A DNA stretch of 64,000 bases from a virus, in IMG/VR virus record IMGVR_UViG_3300045988_100041, one strand, 5' to 3'. Below the pieces are notes generated by a model. The model ran no database searches. It had not been told where the DNA came from and worked only from the letters and a program-made list of their open reading frames with translations. Below, one piece after another: positions 61,950 to 64,000 of the stretch; position 1 is the first letter of the stretch; every line of letters starts with the position of its first letter. A program made the translations under genes and the position numbers.

Positions 61950-62747
61950 TCAGGCAATTTTTGCTGCCGCGAGGCTCGCGGCTTTACGCTGGACGATGCT
62001 TGTGAAGATCTCGCAGAGTTTTACATCCTGAGAAATGACGGCGAGTTTGCTGACTGCCTGACACTCGGCATATTTTGCGCCGCCCTGCTTCATGCGTTTG
62101 CGCAGGTTGTTCAGGCGCGTGTCAATGTTGCAGTGAGCGGATTCTTCCAGTTCTTTGTAGAGCTGACCGGTGAAGGTCTGGAAGTTCAGCTCGTATTCCA
62201 TGCAGAGCTGACGGATTTTATTTCGCATGGCATCCTGCCAGCTGTTCCGGTCTACGGATGGGGCGGCCAGTTCGGAGAATGCGGTCTGCATGGCACTGTG
62301 GATCTGTTTCTGCCCAGATTCCAAAGCGGTCAGGCGGCGTTCCTGTTCTACCATGATTTGCGCTTGCGCAAGAAGCTGCTCCGCTGGGGTTGATGCTCGC
62401 GCCTGTTCCTTGGCGCGGAAGTATCCCTTGACAAGTTCACGCTGCACTCTCCACGCCAGATCGTCCGTGAAAGACTTTACCAGCATGAGGTATCCGGATT
62501 CTGTGATGAGCGTCACGTCTTCCGTAGCCTTTGCCGGAATGTCGTTCCAGTGCGTCCGAAATTCGGACGCGCAAATTTTGAAGTAATCTTCTCCGTCAAC
62601 GAACCGCTCCCGGTTGTCGTTGAAGCGCTTTCTTGCCGTTCCGTCAGGTCTGCCATGCACGGCGTCAATGTCCTTGAACGTCACGACACGCTGTCCTTGA
62701 TATTCCTTCACGGAAATGTCTGTATTGTTGATGGTCTGCAATTTCAT
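61950..62747 (-). CDS. ORF6N-domain antirepressor-like protein (Ant-like)
   Basis: VKEYQGQRVVTFKDIDAVHGRPDGTARKRFNDNRERFVDGEDYFKI ... LITESGYLMLVKSF. Confidence 0.7.
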   Translation of the reverse strand: MKLQTINNTDISVKEYQGQRVVTFKDIDAVHGRPDGTARKRFNDNRERFVDGEDYFKICASEFRTHWNDIPAKATEDVTLITESGYLMLVKSFTDDLAWRVQRELVKGYFRAKEQARASTPAEQLLAQAQIMVEQERRLTALESGQKQIHSAMQTAFSELAAPSVDRNSWQDAMRNKIRQLCMEYELNFQTFTGQLYKELEESAHCNIDTRLNNLRKRMKQGGAKYAECQAVSKLAVISQDVKLCEIFTSIVQRKAASLAAAKIA

Positions 62748-62800
62748 TTCAAAAATTCCTCCTGTCACTTAAAAAAGGGTATAAAAATCCCACGCATGAC

Positions 62801-62830
62801 TTGACATCCGCGCGGCGCTTCGTCTATAAT
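62801..62830 (+). promoter_or_regulatory. consensus sigma-70-type promoter facing rightward inside the leftward RHH-ant intercistronic region
   Basis: TTGACA (62801-62806), 18-nt spacer, TATAAT (62825-62830). Confidence 0.55.
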
Positions 62831-62836
62831 TGGGTA

Positions 62837-62925
62837 GACAAAGCCCTTGCGGTTTTGGCACAAGAGCAATCGTAGTGGGTCGCCAAACTTAGCTACGGTT
62901 GCTCATTTCGTTATTTATCTCTTGT
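62837..62925 (+). ncRNA. candidate antisense small RNA
   Basis: Starts just after the consensus promoter. 12-bp hairpin 62864-62875/62893-62904 followed by a U-rich ATTTCGTTATTTATCTCTTGTTT. No ORF. Antisense to the 3' end of the RHH gene. Confidence 0.4.
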
Positions 62926-63069
62926 TTGGTTGAGATATTCGAGGACTGCAAAGCGAATATAGCCGCTTACTGTCATTCCGCGCCGCTTCGCTTCTTCCTT
63001 CATTTTCTCAATCGCATCCGGCGGGAAAAACACGGTTATTCGCTCTGTGTTCTCTTTCGGTCGTGCCAT
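62911..63069 (-). CDS. ribbon-helix-helix (CopG/Arc-like) protein
   Basis: ATG after AAAGGAGGGCAGAAT. RITVFFPPDAIEKMKEEAKRRGMTVSGYIRFAVLEYL. Confidence 0.6.
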   Translation of the reverse strand: MARPKENTERITVFFPPDAIEKMKEEAKRRGMTVSGYIRFAVLEYLNQTRDK

Positions 63070-63092
63070 ATTCTGCCCTCCTTTCTGGTATA

Positions 63093-63121
63093 ATAATAGC
63101 ACCATTTTATTATGCTGTCAA
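63093..63121 (-). promoter_or_regulatory. candidate leftward promoter of the RHH-ant operon
   Basis: Minus-sense TTGACA (63116-63121), 17-nt spacer, TATTAT (63093-63098). Confidence 0.5.
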
Positions 63122-63192
63122 TATCAATTTAAGCAACTTATAGAAATTTCTGATGGGCATCTTTTGATCTACACATTTTTTCGGTTTGTCCC

Positions 63193-63221
63193 GCTGGGGG
63201 GATATTCGCCCCCGCTTTTTT
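63193..63221 (+). terminator. intrinsic terminator in the divergent intergenic region
   Basis: GC(T)GGGGG ... CCCCCGC stem followed by TTTTTT. No upstream plus-strand ORF. Confidence 0.5.
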
Positions 63222-63299
63222 ACAATATCACGTTTGGAAAGCGAAACATAGCGCAAAGAGGCGAAAGCGTTTCATAATTGATCGTTGGAGGTATTATTT

Positions 63300-64000
63300 A
63301 TGCGTGAATCGGAAAGCATTATTATGCAGATTGACATTGTTGATTCCCTGATTCATTTTATTAAGTCAAAATACGGAGTTAGAACGAAAGCTATCTTAAT
63401 GTACGAGCGAACCGAACAAATACCTTTGGAACTACTTGAACCATATGTTGACCTTCTGAATAAGAATGAGATGAAATTCATAGAAATTTTAAGCCGAACT
63501 GATGATATGGTTATTATCCGGTATGTTGATAACGCACTCTTGCAAAAAAAACCGTTTTATTTCGCCAGAAACGACCTGTTCAATAAGTATAAAGAGGAAA
63601 ATGATTATTTCCAGCTTTCAATAAAAAACAACGTTTGGGGAAACATGTGGGAAAACGAAAAATCCATTCCATATGTCAGGAAACTAACGTCTGGCTATTC
63701 CTATATTTGCTTTGAAAAGAAGTATTCAACCATTGTTGCGTATAATGTATCTCAACAATTTCACTTTACCCCGGAAATTATTGACGTGGATGACATCCCA
63801 GAAGTTTGTTATATGGTTGAAGAAATTCCTTCCTCACCAATGCCTAGATACTGCAAAGATAACAATGCGCGTCTCGGAATTTGGTCATATATTACTCAAA
63901 ATCTTATGATCCCCGCTGTTCAAATAGATGACATCAAAGGGGAAATCAAATTACAGCACAGATCAGCGGTTTCGGATGAGATCATACAATACAGACAAGG
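63300..64000 (+). CDS. hypothetical protein, 3'-truncated by the window edge, AT-richer than the rest
   Basis: ATG 9 nt after GGAGG. Hand translation (MRESESIIMQIDIVDSLIHFIKSKYG...) stays open to nt 64000. Absent from the track because it has no stop. Confidence 0.55.
   Translation, partial: MRESESIIMQIDIVDSLIHFIKSKYGVRTKAILMYERTEQIPLELLEPYVDLLNKNEMKFIEILSRTDDMVIIRYVDNALLQKKPFYFARNDLFNKYKEENDYFQLSIKNNVWGNMWENEKSIPYVRKLTSGYSYICFEKKYSTIVAYNVSQQFHFTPEIIDVDDIPEVCYMVEEIPSSPMPRYCKDNNARLGIWSYITQNLMIPAVQIDDIKGEIKLQHRSAVSDEIIQYRQ

Overview
All calls come from reading the sequence and the ORF track; no homology search was run. The window looks like a temperate, siphovirus-type tailed phage or prophage: it has a 1670-aa tape measure and no sheath gene. 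Gene content suggests a Firmicutes/Clostridia-like host, but this is a weak guess. Genes are tightly packed, with many stop/start overlaps.

Layout:
- 1-9.8 kb, rightward early/replication module: SNF2-like helicase, DNA methyltransferase, SleB-like hydrolase, SSB, Lar-like protein, replisome organizer with an internal ori-like repeat block, DnaC-like loader, dUTPase.
- 9.80-10.05 kb: an apparently intact attP. It has a 25-nt tRNA 3'-end core flanked on both sides by AAAATCGGCAC repeats.
- 10.06-12.83 kb, leftward lysogeny module: tyrosine integrase, membrane-anchored XRE protein, cI-like repressor.
- 13.0-22.4 kb, second rightward early module: Cro-like protein, YqaJ exonuclease, RecT, SSB-like protein, RusA, ASCH protein and many small unknowns.
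- About 22.5 kb: a near-consensus promoter followed at once by an intrinsic terminator.
- 22.6-54.8 kb: packaging, head, fibre-like, tail and lysis genes.
- 54.86-63.07 kb, leftward accessory arm: three small ORFs, a cysteine-desulfurase-like gene translationally coupled to an orphan MazF/PemK-like gene, HU, a roughly 2-kb RNA-dense locus, a second tyrosine integrase, and an Ant-like/ribbon-helix-helix pair.
- From 63.3 kb: an AT-richer rightward gene runs off the window.

The RNA-dense locus holds tRNA-Met, two tRNA-Gly(UCC), tRNA-like elements and two diverged copies of a roughly 120-nt structured RNA with compensatory base changes.

The most unusual items are the RNA locus, the MazF-like/NifS-like operon and the intact attP inside contiguous phage DNA.
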